Positions 19,489-30,182 of a stretch of DNA of 64,000 nucleotides are shown piece by piece. The stretch is from NCBI GenBank assembly GCA_964526345.1, contig CAZGKI010000009.1:2425-66424 (forward strand), in the 5' to 3' direction. The stretch's first letter is position 1. Each line of letters starts with the position of its first letter. The notes beneath the pieces were generated by a model, which saw only the letters and a list, made by a program, of their open reading frames with translations, made no database searches and was not told the DNA's origin. Made by a program: the position numbers and the translations under genes. This DNA comes from an uncultured Rikenellaceae bacterium (GTDB lineage: Bacteria > Bacteroidota > Bacteroidia > Bacteroidales > VadinHA17).

Positions 19489-19504
19489 ACCAAATTTCGT
19501 GCCA
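19489..19504 (-). promoter_or_regulatory. Sigma54 (-24/-12) type promoter
   Basis: TGGCACGAAATTTGGT vs consensus TGGCACG-N4-TTGCW; GG in place of GC at -12. Confidence 0.6.
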
Positions 19505-19656
19505 AACACATAACAAATGTATCACTATGTTATGAAATAAAAAACTGTTTTAACTTAAATGTCTGAATATTAACAATAATTTAATTAAATGTTAAGATAT
19601 CTTATCTTTTCATACATCAATAGACCATACAATACCGTGCCTTACAATCCCTTGAT

Positions 19657-19673
19657 GTTAAAGAAAGTTAAAG
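19657..19673 (+). promoter_or_regulatory. GTTAAAG direct repeat, 10-bp period, upstream of rprX (possible OmpR-family site)
   Basis: GTTAAAG at 19657-19663 and 19667-19673; TATTTTTG (-7 consensus) at 19701-19708. Confidence 0.35.
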
Positions 19674-19715
19674 AGTATAAATAAAAACTGGATATAGTAG
19701 TATTTTTGTAATTAT

Positions 19716-21272
19716 ATGAAACAGAGAACTATTGTATTACTGGCAATTTTTTTCTTCCTTGCAATTACCGGGCTCATCCTGATACAATTATACTGGATAC
19801 GTAATGCTATTAATATTACTGATCAGCAATTCCGGAACAATGCAAATAAAGCGCTGGAATCAGTTATTCTCGATCTTGAAGAAAATGAATTAATAAATAA
19901 TATTATCCAGGAAATTAATCCTTCATCTGCCGATTCAGTTACTGCAATAATCCCTGCAAATTCCCCTCTGGCCAGAAAACTTCATGGATATCAGCCGAAT
20001 TCAAAACTACTGGAATTGTATGGTCTTAACAATGTGGAAGAACCAATAACCATTACGAGCTCAGGACAAAAAATCTTTATTTCTGCAGAAGATGAACCGG
20101 TCTACTCTCTTGACGAAAGTACTGAGACTTCAGCCCAGGCAATAAGCGCCGAGCTTAAAGGCAGGGTGACAAATAAGATTGTTTTCCTTGAAAATATTAT
20201 GGACAAGATCCTCCATAACACTCCGGATATAAGGAAAAGAATAGATTTTGATAACCTTCACAAATTGATTAGGGCAGCACTTAATAATGTAGGGATAAAT
20301 CTTGATTTTGAATTCCTGATACGTTCAGGGCGATCAGGGGTGATCTATAAGACCCCCGGATTCACTGACAAACCCGGAACAAATAAGTTTATAATTCAGC
20401 TATTTCCGAATGACCCCCTGCCCGGACAAAATCAGCTTGTTATGTACTGCCTCCAGGAAAGCCAGTATAAATTCAAAAAGATCGGGAACCTGGGCTTCTT
20501 ATCACTTCTTTTCACATCATTGCTTCTGGTTTTGTCAACAGGTACATTCATAGTTATATTCCGTCAGAAAAAAATCTCAGAGATCCGTAATGATTTTATT
20601 AATAACATGACCCATGAGTTGAAAACGCCTATATCTACCATCTCCCTTGCGTCGCAGATGATGGCAGACAAAACGATCTCAGAAGAAAATAAGAATATAG
20701 ATAATCTTGCTAAAGTAATTTCCGATGAAAGTATGCGGCTTAAATTTCAGGTTGAAAAAGTCCTTCAGATGGCTATTTTCGAGAAGACCAAAATGAAACT
20801 TAGCCTCGCAGATATGGATATCCATAGTATTCTCGATAGTATTATCGAAAATTTCAGGCTTCAGTTAGAAAACATCCGCGGGACGGTAAATAAAAATTTT
20901 GAAGCTAAATCGTCGCATGCACTTGTAGATGAAATACATTTCCTGAATGCGGTTTCCAACCTGATTGACAATGCTATAAAATACGCAAAAGATAAACCAG
21001 AAATTACCATATCAACACGCAATTCCAAAAAAGGTATTATAATAACAATTGAAGATAAGGGAATAGGAATCAGCAAGGAAGATCTTAAAAGGATATATGA
21101 CAAATTTTATCGAGTACATTCCGGAAACGTTCATAATGTAAAGGGATTCGGACTTGGATTAAGTTATGTCAAGAAAGTGATAGAGGAACATAACGGATCA
21201 ATAAAAACTGAAAGCCAGATAAATAAAGGCACAAAATTTACAATTTATATCCCACAAACAGGACAAATATGA
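19716..21272 (+). CDS. rprX: Sensor histidine kinase, RprX-like
   Basis: Two TM helices, THELKTP H-box, NLIDNAIKY, DKGIGI, GFGLGL; coupled to an RprY-like regulator. Confidence 0.8.
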   Translation: MKQRTIVLLAIFFFLAITGLILIQLYWIRNAINITDQQFRNNANKALESVILDLEENELINNIIQEINPSSADSVTAIIPANSPLARKLHGYQPNSKLLELYGLNNVEEPITITSSGQKIFISAEDEPVYSLDESTETSAQAISAELKGRVTNKIVFLENIMDKILHNTPDIRKRIDFDNLHKLIRAALNNVGINLDFEFLIRSGRSGVIYKTPGFTDKPGTNKFIIQLFPNDPLPGQNQLVMYCLQESQYKFKKIGNLGFLSLLFTSLLLVLSTGTFIVIFRQKKISEIRNDFINNMTHELKTPISTISLASQMMADKTISEENKNIDNLAKVISDESMRLKFQVEKVLQMAIFEKTKMKLSLADMDIHSILDSIIENFRLQLENIRGTVNKNFEAKSSHALVDEIHFLNAVSNLIDNAIKYAKDKPEITISTRNSKKGIIITIEDKGIGISKEDLKRIYDKFYRVHSGNVHNVKGFGLGLSYVKKVIEEHNGSIKTESQINKGTKFTIYIPQTGQI

Positions 21273-21955
21273 AAAGCACAAAAATTCTTCTTGCAGAAGA
21301 TGACAGCAATCTTGGTCTTTTACTGAAAAACTATCTGACGGCCAAGAACTTTGAGACTTCGTTATATATTAATGGGTTACTTGCTGTGGAAGCTTTCTCA
21401 AAAGAATCCTTTAGCCTTTGCATTCTCGACATAATGATGCCTGAGATGGATGGAATTACTCTTGCAAAAGATATCAGGAAAATCAATCCTGATGTTCCTA
21501 TAATATTTCTTACTGCCAGGAGCCAGAAAGAAGATATCCTTGAGGGTTTTCGAACAGGGGCTGACGACTATATAACAAAACCCTTTTCAATGGAGGAACT
21601 CCTTTACCGAATCCAGGCCATACTTAAAAGGACCACAGTAACATATCCAGCCCGAAAACAGGATCTTTACGTTATAGGAAATTACACTTTTAACCCTCTT
21701 AAGCAACATCTTATCTTCGGGGATCATACAGTAAAACTCACAACTAAAGAATCTGAGTTGCTTGAGCTCCTGTGTCGTCACAGTAATGAAATACTGGAAC
21801 GAAATTTTGCGCTTAAATCGATCTGGATCGATGATAATTATTTTAATGCAAGGAGCATGGATGTTTACATTACCCGTCTCAGAAAATATCTGAAAAATGA
21901 TCCTTCAGTTAAAATACTTAACATTCACGGCAGGGGATATAAGCTGCTTAACTGA
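21269..21955 (+). CDS. rprY: OmpR-family response regulator, RprY-like
   Basis: LAEDD, LDIMMP, GADDYITKPFSMEEL, IWIDDNYFNARSMDVYITRLRK match my recollection of Bacteroides RprY. Confidence 0.85.
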   Translation: MKSTKILLAEDDSNLGLLLKNYLTAKNFETSLYINGLLAVEAFSKESFSLCILDIMMPEMDGITLAKDIRKINPDVPIIFLTARSQKEDILEGFRTGADDYITKPFSMEELLYRIQAILKRTTVTYPARKQDLYVIGNYTFNPLKQHLIFGDHTVKLTTKESELLELLCRHSNEILERNFALKSIWIDDNYFNARSMDVYITRLRKYLKNDPSVKILNIHGRGYKLLN

Positions 21956-21956
21956 T

Positions 21957-21986
21957 AAAAAACCCTGACCGAAAAACGGGTCAGGG
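21957..21986 (-). terminator. Intrinsic terminator for lepA or a minus-strand RNA
   Basis: 8-bp stem CCCTGACC/GGTCAGGG (21963-21986); minus strand followed by six T. Confidence 0.75.
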
Positions 21987-22122
21987 AAGTTTGTTTAGGT
22001 TAGATAACAGGATTAAAATATTATTATCTTTTTTTTATCATCAGGCTAAATTAATATTTTTTTTGAAATATTGTATCCTTATTAAAAAATTCTGACGGAT
22101 AGAAATTAAAAACTTGAAGATG

Positions 22123-23910
22123 TTAGTCGAGTTTTAAAACAGCCAGAAAAGCCTGTTGAGGAACTTCCACATTACCTATCTGCCGCATTCTTTTCTTCCC
22201 TTTTTTCTGCTTCTCGAGAAGTTTTCTTTTCCGTGTAATATCTCCTCCATAACATTTTGCAGTAACATCTTTCCTTACTGCTTTCACCGTTTCCCGGGCA
22301 ATGATTTTAGCACCAATGGCAGCCTGTATAGCAATATCGAACTGTTGCCTCGGTATAAGCTCCTTAAGCTTGACACACATTTTCCTGCCAAAATCATAAG
22401 CATGGCCCTTGTAGATCAATGTTGAAAGAGCATCTACCATTTCGCCGTTAAGCAGGATGTCGAGTCTGACAAGATCAGCTTTCTGATATGCCGTATAATA
22501 ATAGTCAAAAGAAGCATATCCTTTCGAAATGCTTTTCAGCTTGTCATAAAAATCAAAGACAATTTCAGAAAGAGGCATCTCAAAGGTTAGTTCCACTCTG
22601 TCTCTGGTGAGATAAACCTGGTTCCTAATCACTCCTCTCTTATCGATGCAAAGATTCATGATAGATCCGATATATTCCGACAATGTTATTACCTGGGCTA
22701 TAATGTAGGGTTCCTCAATACGCTCAATATGGTTCACCGGAGGAAGACCTGAAGGGTTATGCACATCGATCTCTTCTCCCCTTGTTGTATATACTTTAAA
22801 TGAAACGTTTGGGACTGTGGTAATTACGTCCATATTAAACTCCCTGTCGAGCCGTTCCTGGATTATCTCCATATGCAACAACCCGAGAAATCCGCATCTG
22901 AAACCAAATCCCAGGGCAGCTGATGATTCCGGGACAAAAGAAAGAGATGCATCATTAAGCTGAAGCTTTTCGATTGAGCTTCTAAGATCTTCGTATTCAT
23001 CAGCATCGACAGGATACATTCCCGCGAAAACCATTGGCTTAACTTCTTCAAAGCCAGAAATAGCTTTATTGCAAGGATTCTTAACATGTGTAATGGTATC
23101 ACCAACCCTTACTTCAGCCGAGTTCTTTACACCTGAAATAATATAACCTACATCACCTGTACCCAGGAACTCACGTGGTGTTTGTTTAAACTTAAGAACA
23201 CCTATTTCTTCTGCATTATATTCATGACCAGTACTTATAAATTTAACTCTGTCGCCTTTGCTGATCGTACCATTTACAATTTTAAAATAGGCTATTATTC
23301 CCCTGAATGAATTAAATATGGAATCGAAGATGAGTGCTTGTAAAGGAGCATCACTGATGCCTTTGGGAGGTGGAATTCGGTTAATGATATCAAATAGTAT
23401 CCTGTCGACACCCATCCCGGTCCTTGCACTTGCTTCAATAATATCATCCCGGTTGCAGCCAACAAGATCAACGATCTGATCCTTAACCTCCTCAGGCATA
23501 GCGTTTGCCATATCCATCTTATTTAGCACCGGAATTATCTCAAGGTTATGATCTATGGCCATATATAGGTTTGAGATTGTCTGCGCCTGAATACCCTGGG
23601 TTGAATCGATAACAAGCAGTGCCCCTTCGCATGATGCTATCGATCGTGAAACTTCGTACGAAAAATCCACATGCCCCGGAGTATCAATAAGATTAAGAAA
23701 ATATTTCTTTCCTTCAAATATATATTCCATCTGAATTGCATGGCTCTTGATCGTAATCCCACGCTCTCTCTCGAGATCCATATCATCAAGAACCTGGTCC
23801 TGGTATTCCCTTTTAGTAATTGTATTGGTCTTCTCAAGGAGTCTGTCGGCCAGGGTGCTTTTACCATGGTCGATATGCGCAATTATGCAGAAATTACGGA
23901 TGTTATCCAT
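22123..23910 (-). CDS. lepA: Elongation factor 4 (LepA)
   Basis: [56 protein letters not shown]. Confidence 0.98.
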   Translation of the reverse strand: MDNIRNFCIIAHIDHGKSTLADRLLEKTNTITKREYQDQVLDDMDLERERGITIKSHAIQMEYIFEGKKYFLNLIDTPGHVDFSYEVSRSIASCEGALLVIDSTQGIQAQTISNLYMAIDHNLEIIPVLNKMDMANAMPEEVKDQIVDLVGCNRDDIIEASARTGMGVDRILFDIINRIPPPKGISDAPLQALIFDSIFNSFRGIIAYFKIVNGTISKGDRVKFISTGHEYNAEEIGVLKFKQTPREFLGTGDVGYIISGVKNSAEVRVGDTITHVKNPCNKAISGFEEVKPMVFAGMYPVDADEYEDLRSSIEKLQLNDASLSFVPESSAALGFGFRCGFLGLLHMEIIQERLDREFNMDVITTVPNVSFKVYTTRGEEIDVHNPSGLPPVNHIERIEEPYIIAQVITLSEYIGSIMNLCIDKRGVIRNQVYLTRDRVELTFEMPLSEIVFDFYDKLKSISKGYASFDYYYTAYQKADLVRLDILLNGEMVDALSTLIYKGHAYDFGRKMCVKLKELIPRQQFDIAIQAAIGAKIIARETVKAVRKDVTAKCYGGDITRKRKLLEKQKKGKKRMRQIGNVEVPQQAFLAVLKLD

Positions 23911-23938
23911 TGGAGAAGAGGCAATTTAAAATCAGGTG

Positions 23939-23946
23939 CAAATATA
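23939..23946 (-). promoter_or_regulatory. Bacteroidota primary sigma -7 element for lepA
   Basis: TATATTTG exact TAnnTTTG match, 28 nt upstream of the lepA ATG. Confidence 0.6.
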
Positions 23947-23969
23947 AAAAATAATTGGTATCCCTAAAC

Positions 23970-24000
23970 AAAAGTAGGCCGGGTCCGGGACCTGGCCTAC
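23970..24000 (-). terminator. Terminator of groESL
   Basis: 11-bp stem GTAGGCC(G/A)GGT...ACC(T/C)GGCCTAC with one imperfect pair; minus strand followed by TTTTGTTT. Confidence 0.7.
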
Positions 24001-24034
24001 ATTACAAATGGATTTAGGAATTATATATATGGTA

Positions 24035-25675
<1,641 letters not shown>

Positions 25676-25695
25676 TTATTTAATTGGTTTACAAC

Positions 25696-25974
25696 TTATA
25701 CAATAAATAAAATATCTGACTGTGATACAAGCAGATAGTCTTCTCCATCAACTGTCAGTTCCTGCCCCGAATATTTTCCATAAAGAACTTCGTCGCCTTT
25801 TTTTACTTCCATCTCTTCATCTTTCTTTGCTGCTCCTACAAGAACAACTTTCCCCTGACGGGGCTTTTCCTTTGCTGAATCAGGAATAATGATTCCACTG
25901 GCAGTTTTAGCTTCAGCCTCATAAGGTTTTACCAAAACCTTTCCTGCCAGAATTTTACCTTTTAATTGTGCCAT
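25696..25974 (-). CDS. groS: Co-chaperonin GroES
   Basis: KTASGIIIPDSAKEKP, VKKGDEVLYGKYSG. Confidence 0.97.
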   Translation of the reverse strand: MAQLKGKILAGKVLVKPYEAEAKTASGIIIPDSAKEKPRQGKVVLVGAAKKDEEMEVKKGDEVLYGKYSGQELTVDGEDYLLVSQSDILFIV

Positions 25975-26020
25975 GTTATATAGTTTTAAAGTTAAAAATC
26001 AGTTATTGACTCCCTCTTTA

Positions 26021-26036
26021 AGCATATTTTATGCCA
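26021..26036 (-). promoter_or_regulatory. Sigma54 promoter of groES-groEL
   Basis: TGGCATAAAATATGCT, exact GG-N10-GC spacing, 46 nt upstream of the groES ATG. Confidence 0.7.
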
Positions 26037-26164
26037 AACCGAAAAAAATGACATTTTTGAAATTTTGCTTCCTTTCCGGACTTACACAACTGCCATTATT
26101 TATAAGTAATTTTATAAATTCATTCTTCAATTACTTGTATTTCAGCCCACTAATTTGATAAAGA

Positions 26165-26199
26165 AAAAAGTGTCAGGATGTGACAAACTGACACTTTTT
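26165..26199. terminator. Perfect 12-bp inverted repeat: secG terminator and/or activator binding site
   Basis: AAAAAGTGTCAG-GATGTGACAAA-CTGACACTTTTT; T-runs on both strands; contains TGTCA once and TGACA twice. Confidence 0.65.
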
Positions 26200-26222
26200 A
26201 ATCATATTTTTTAAAACTTATT

Positions 26223-26588
26223 TTAGTTCTTAGGTTGATCTTCCCCGGTTGACTGAGTTGAAGATGACGGGGGAACAGCAGTAGGAAGAGTGGGGATAGC
26301 ATCAGGATTTACAGTATTATCTATCTGGGTTCTTATCCTTGATTGTGTTGCTTCAGCACCGCGAGGGATGGTAGCAGTAGCAACAACACAAAGAATCAGA
26401 ATTGCTGCAGCAAGCGTCCAGGTAGATTTCTCAAGGAAATCTGCCGTTTTCCGGACACCCATAGTCTGACCTGCAGATGTAAAATTAGCAGCCAGCCCTC
26501 CACCTTTGGAATTCTGAACAAGGACTATCATTATCTGAAATACGCAGGCCGTAATAACTAAAATTGATACAAAAATATAAATTCCCAT
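26223..26588 (-). CDS. secG: Preprotein translocase subunit SecG
   Basis: VLVQNSKGGGL, FLEKSTWTLA; two TM helices. Confidence 0.93.
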   Translation of the reverse strand: MGIYIFVSILVITACVFQIMIVLVQNSKGGGLAANFTSAGQTMGVRKTADFLEKSTWTLAAAILILCVVATATIPRGAEATQSRIRTQIDNTVNPDAIPTLPTAVPPSSSTQSTGEDQPKN

Positions 26589-26592
26589 TTGA

Positions 26593-27507
26593 TCACTTTT
26601 TTAAATACTCTTTCACCTTTTCAATTTGCGACGCAAAGTAACTACTTTTTTCCGGAAATTTCAAACTTAATTTTTCATATATGTCGATAGCCCTGGAGTA
26701 ATAACCCTGATTGACATAGATTCTGGCAAGTGTTTCAGTTACAAACTCTTCTTTTTTCTCAACAAATGATTTTGAAATATCTTCATTTGGCGTTTCTGTT
26801 TTTTCCTTAACAGGTTCAATCCGCGGATTGGCAATAATAAATTTATCAATAAGATCCGACTGACCCTGTCTGACATCAGGTTTAACTTCACTTTCATCCC
26901 GGGATACGTCAGTGAAACCGATACCCGACCCGGGCTGTTTAGATTCTTCTGTTTCCAGTTCCAGAAGATCTGTTTCTTCAGAAACCGAAAATCCGGGATC
27001 CATATAAATAACTTTTTCTTCTACCGATCCTGATTCCTCATCAATAATAAAGACGGCAGCATCTGATCCATTGATATCTTCATCGCTGTAAATTACCACA
27101 GAATGACCTTTTCCTGATCCGGAGGTTAAATTATCTCCCAGAGTTTTCTCAATTTCACTAATCAGATCATCACTATTCTTTGCCGATTCGATAACAGTCT
27201 GTCCGGTATCTGTTGAATCAGAATACGGCGTTGGCTGCTGAGCTAATGTTATTTCTGGTTCTTCACTAGTTTGAGACTCCTTTTTCAGAAAATAATAAAG
27301 GGCTTCGCGGTCAGCAATATGCATTGCATAAGCTTTAAGCTGGTTTTCAAATTTTACATCTGAAGTATTCTGTAATCCTTTCAGAAGCAGCATGTAAGCA
27401 CTTTGAAAATAAGGAAAAATGCTTATAAGTTCGTTTATTTCTGCTATCGTATGACGATCGGCAGGCCCGAAATGCTCAATCAGGTTCAGAAAATCATTCC
27501 TGTTCAT
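26593..27507 (-). CDS. Conserved Bacteroidota hypothetical protein with TPR-like ends
   Basis: FPYFQSAYMLLLK N-terminus; FVTETLARIYVNQGYYSRAIDIYEKLSLKFPEKSSYFA C-terminus; position between lptE and secG. Confidence 0.75.
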   Translation of the reverse strand: MNRNDFLNLIEHFGPADRHTIAEINELISIFPYFQSAYMLLLKGLQNTSDVKFENQLKAYAMHIADREALYYFLKKESQTSEEPEITLAQQPTPYSDSTDTGQTVIESAKNSDDLISEIEKTLGDNLTSGSGKGHSVVIYSDEDINGSDAAVFIIDEESGSVEEKVIYMDPGFSVSEETDLLELETEESKQPGSGIGFTDVSRDESEVKPDVRQGQSDLIDKFIIANPRIEPVKEKTETPNEDISKSFVEKKEEFVTETLARIYVNQGYYSRAIDIYEKLSLKFPEKSSYFASQIEKVKEYLKK

Positions 27508-27512
27508 AATTC

Positions 27513-28055
27513 TTACCAATTCACAAAGGCTTTGTTAAAAATATCTTCAACCAGCAGATCAACAATTTTATCAGAAAGTTCCTTTTCGACCTGGCTCAGG
27601 TTAAGATTGCTGTTATAATCTTCATATCTTGTAAAAGACTGTTCATAGCTGTAATCAGGTTCCACAGAATTAGTAAATTTTACCTTAACAGTAATTGTAA
27701 ACCTGTTAGTTGCTGCCTGTGCATCGGCTGCAACTGTCAGTGGACGATTATTATAATCTGTTATTTCTCCTTCGAAATTTACATCCCCCAGACCATTTAC
27801 CAGACTCAGACTAGTCTGGGCCTTACATTTATCTATCAGGGCATCAGTAATATACTGACTTAATCCGGGTTGAACCAGGCTTGCCCTGTTCTGAAAATAC
27901 TTAATGCTTAAGGTCTTCACAGCTGCTGAAATACTGGCTCCGGTAAATGAATATGTTATCTTACATCCAGATGTGATTATACTCCCTGTTATCAAGGAAA
28001 TTACAAAAAACCTTCTCAGTACATTATTCCTTATTATCTTACGATTCAATTCCAT
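27513..28055 (-). CDS. lptE: LptE-family LPS assembly lipoprotein
   Basis: Lipobox TSGC then YSFTGASI, YFQNRASLVQP, EGEITDY, DIFNKAFVNW; real start likely 28055, since the longer ORF overlaps the upstream gene. Confidence 0.8.
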   Translation of the reverse strand: MELNRKIIRNNVLRRFFVISLITGSIITSGCKITYSFTGASISAAVKTLSIKYFQNRASLVQPGLSQYITDALIDKCKAQTSLSLVNGLGDVNFEGEITDYNNRPLTVAADAQAATNRFTITVKVKFTNSVEPDYSYEQSFTRYEDYNSNLNLSQVEKELSDKIVDLLVEDIFNKAFVNW

Positions 28056-29283
28056 ACTCTTTGATTTTCCTGTAGAGGGTCCGTTCAGAAATTCCAAGTT
28101 CGCTGGCAGCCAGTTTCCTTTTTCCATTATATTTTTCAAGTGCTTTTATAATCATCTCAACTTCTTTATCAGCAAGTGATAAAGATTCTTCAACTATTTC
28201 TTCAGTATCCTGGATATCACTTCTTGCCGGCCTTGAAGAGTAATCGACTTCTGTTCCGTCAGCAACAGCAGAACTTGTTCCCTGCTGTTTGGCTTCACTG
28301 AAAAGGTTTTTCATTAAACGTGAATTTGCTTCACTCGAATCGATATCAATTTCCCCATGCCTTATAAGATCATATACAAGTTTTTTGAGGTCATTCATAT
28401 CGCTTTTCATGTCGAAAAGGATCTTATAAAGTATCTCCCTCTCTGATGAGAATGACTTTTCATCTTCCCTTCTAATAACTGCAGGAAGCTTTATCCCATC
28501 ATAATCAGGAAGATATGTTTTAAGTGTAGTCCCCCTTATCTCACGATCGTTTTCAATTATTGAAATTTGTTCAGTTATATTCTTAAGCTGACGCACATTC
28601 CCGGGCCATGAGTAATTCAATAATATATTCTTGGCGTCCAGATCAAGATGTATGGCAGGCATCCTGTATTTTTCAGCAAAATCAACGGCAAATTTCCGGA
28701 ACAGAAGAAAAATATCTTCGCCCCTTTCTCTGAGGTAAGGTACTCTTATAGGCACTGTATTTAACCGGTAGAAAAGATCCTCCCTGAACCTGCCATTGTC
28801 AATTGCTTTCAAAACATCCACATTACTGGCAGCAATTAACCTGACATTTGTTTTCTGTACTTTTGATGAACCAACTCTTATAAATTCACCTGCCTCCAGG
28901 ACTCTTAACAACCGGACCTGTGTTGACAAAGGTAATTCAGCAACTTCATCGAGGAAAATTGTTCCTCCGTCTGCTACTTCAAAATATCCCTTCCTGCTAT
29001 CTGTTGCACCAGTAAAGGAACCTTTTTCATGACCGAATAATTCCGAATCGATTGTTCCTTCCGGTATTGCTCCACAGTTGACAGCAATATATGGTCCATG
29101 CTTCCTGGCACTGAAGCCGTGTATCACCTGCGGAAAAACTTCCTTACCTGTGCCGCTTTCTCCGGTAATAAGTACTGAAAGATCGGTTGGAGCAACCTGC
29201 ACAGCTATATCCAGCGCCCGGTTAAGTCCTTCATAATTACCAATAATGCCAAAACGTTGCTTAATATTTTGAAGATCTTTCAT
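28039..29283 (-). CDS. Sigma54-dependent enhancer-binding protein (AAA+ + Fis HTH) with no N-terminal sensor domain
   Basis: GESGTGKE, GSFTGA (GAFTGA variant), FLDEV, FREDLFYRL, WPGNVRQL, C-terminal LGISERTLYRK; the AAA+ domain starts within about 10 aa of the N-terminus. Confidence 0.92.
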   Translation of the reverse strand: MKDLQNIKQRFGIIGNYEGLNRALDIAVQVAPTDLSVLITGESGTGKEVFPQVIHGFSARKHGPYIAVNCGAIPEGTIDSELFGHEKGSFTGATDSRKGYFEVADGGTIFLDEVAELPLSTQVRLLRVLEAGEFIRVGSSKVQKTNVRLIAASNVDVLKAIDNGRFREDLFYRLNTVPIRVPYLRERGEDIFLLFRKFAVDFAEKYRMPAIHLDLDAKNILLNYSWPGNVRQLKNITEQISIIENDREIRGTTLKTYLPDYDGIKLPAVIRREDEKSFSSEREILYKILFDMKSDMNDLKKLVYDLIRHGEIDIDSSEANSRLMKNLFSEAKQQGTSSAVADGTEVDYSSRPARSDIQDTEEIVEESLSLADKEVEMIIKALEKYNGKRKLAASELGISERTLYRKIKEYGIES

Positions 29284-29357
29284 AATCTCTTTTCCGATGG
29301 TGCGAATTTAAGATATTTTTAAAACATTGGGAAATGCATTTTTCGTAAATTCGCAGG

Positions 29358-30131
29358 ATGGATAAAGATTCAGCATATCATTTCTGTGGCATTATACCTG
29401 CACGATACGCTTCTTCAAGGTTTCCCGGCAAGCCTCTCGCAAGGATCGGAAATAAAACGATGATCCAGAGAGTCTATGAGCAGGCGCAAAAATCAATCGG
29501 TTCAGTTTATGTGGCTACCGACGATGAGCGGATACAGGATGCTGTACTGCAATTCGGAGGAAAGGTTATCATGACCTCTGCAGAGCATCAAAGCGGAACT
29601 GACAGGTGTGCAGAGGCCGCTGCAAAAATTGCCTCAGTCAAAGGTAACAGAGTAGACATCATTGTGAACATTCAGGGAGATGAACCATTTATCAGGCCTG
29701 AACAGATTGATCTGCTCAAATCATGTTTTGATGATAAGAGCGTTGAGATTGCCACACTGATCAGAAAAACCAGGCCCGGGGAAGATATTATCAATCCAAA
29801 CCAGCCTAAAGTCATTATTGATACTTCAGGCAATGCAATTTATTTCAGCAGGGCAGTAATCCCTTTCCATAGAGACTGTGAACTATCGGAATGGGCAAAT
29901 AAGTATTCCTTTTTCAAACATGTGGGTTTATATGCATATACTGCTGACGCACTTAAAAAAATCACTTCCTTTGAAAGAAGCTACCTTGAGATTGCCGAAT
30001 CGCTTGAACAAAACAGATGGATTGAAAATGGCATTAAGATAAGAACAGCACTTACTGAATGGGAAAGTATTGGAATAGATACTCCTGATGATCTGGAAAG
30101 GGCAATTTTGTCGCTTGATCATATTTTCTAA
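29358..30131 (+). CDS. kdsB: 3-deoxy-manno-octulosonate cytidylyltransferase
   Basis: IPARYASSRFPGKPL, VATDDERI, SGTDR, NIQGDEP, ESLEQNRW. Confidence 0.95.
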   Translation: MDKDSAYHFCGIIPARYASSRFPGKPLARIGNKTMIQRVYEQAQKSIGSVYVATDDERIQDAVLQFGGKVIMTSAEHQSGTDRCAEAAAKIASVKGNRVDIIVNIQGDEPFIRPEQIDLLKSCFDDKSVEIATLIRKTRPGEDIINPNQPKVIIDTSGNAIYFSRAVIPFHRDCELSEWANKYSFFKHVGLYAYTADALKKITSFERSYLEIAESLEQNRWIENGIKIRTALTEWESIGIDTPDDLERAILSLDHIF

Positions 30132-30182
30132 ATTTTTATTAACTTTAGCACAATTTTTGATGGGATATTTAAAACGGCACGT

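Noticed and set aside
19463-19489. Plus-strand micro-ORF MKKTSISC
   Set aside because: 8 codons, directly downstream of a terminator, no plus-strand promoter; better explained as the mirror image of the sRNA seed.
25975-26222. CIRCE/HrcA operator for groESL
   Set aside because: TTAGCACTC-N9-GAGTGCTAA is not present; the inverted repeat here has a different sequence.
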